DNA of 63,008 nucleotides, filler included, from Octopus bimaculoides (Eukaryota): NCBI RefSeq assembly GCF_001194135.2. It is 5 parts of 5 records of this genome, joined end to end, with 100 filler letters (N's around TTAATTAATTAA, not from the genome) between each part and the next. Parts side by side here need not be neighbours in the genome. Positions count along the whole stretch, not along the records: positions 58,886 to 63,008 come from NC_068995.1; 4 more parts are not named here. The stretch is one strand, 5' to 3'. The notes under the pieces are model-generated. The model was not told the origin of the DNA and did no database searches. It saw nothing but the letters and a program-made list of their open reading frames with translations. Both the position numbers and the translations under genes were made by a program. Below, piece by piece: positions 62,326 to 63,008 of this stretch. How positions within the stretch are numbered: the first letter of the stretch is position 1; each line of letters starts with the position of its first letter.

Positions 62326-63008
62326 CTACGTGTATAAGAGGATCTTTCCCGGATGGAAAACTAACTGCTTCTTCCCGCTTTTCAAAGACACACATACTTT
62401 AAATACGTTTCACACACATACGTTCAGACACACACACAAACACACACAGACATGCAGGCGCGCACACACACATTCAGCCAATAGACTTAGTCACCTGTTA
62501 TTGATTAATACTTTTAGTTATACATTTGAAAGCCACAACCATACCTGATATAAATGGTTCCTGTAAGAATGAATATGTAACAATGCATACAAGTATATAC
62601 CAGGTATTTTCATTTTAAAGAAAATGTATCTGTTTAGATGTTGTTTTCGTAAAGAAAAGCAACGGAAAAAACAAATATTTGAGATTATCACTACTTAAAT
62701 TGTTGTTTTCTCATTAACAAACATTTACAACATCCAGAATAATTCGTAGTTGAATTCATAGATTTTATAGCATCAAAAGGAATTTCAAATAACGTAAAAA
62801 TATCTTAATTGCCAGTAACAACTACTAAATAGACACGTAAACAATAACTGCTAATCAAAATTGCAGAATATGAACACTAACTGAAAATGAAGAATAGAAT
62901 AAATAAATTAATAAATAAAATTAATATTCTTCAGGTTCGGATTCTCTGTCATTGAAACAAACCTAAAAATTCCATATTAATTTACACAGTTATTTGTTCG
63001 TTATTAAG

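Overview
Eukaryotic, AT-rich, repeat-dense scaffold with many N gaps. It is most likely a cephalopod (Octopus-like); this is inferred from the SINE, LINE and microsatellite landscape, not from a database match. No prokaryotic features, CRISPR arrays, rRNA genes or true tRNA genes were found. Most of the window is decayed transposons: R4/Dong-like RLE LINEs stacked in (TAA)n, two Tx1/L1-clade LINEs, RTE, Penelope-like (including hammerhead-like termini), Helitron, mariner, several MITEs and three tRNA-derived SINE families. The main non-repeat signal, missed by the ORF track, is a minus-strand spliced gene at 11112-14513. Five GT-AG exons (235, 84, 84, 122, 247 nt) join in one reading frame into about 257 aa of a probably extracellular modular protein. 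It has an internally duplicated beta-rich domain (one copy His-rich, the other with many His replaced) and two 28-aa C-x8-C-x8-C exon modules. I cannot assign it to a known family, and its start and end are not confidently located.
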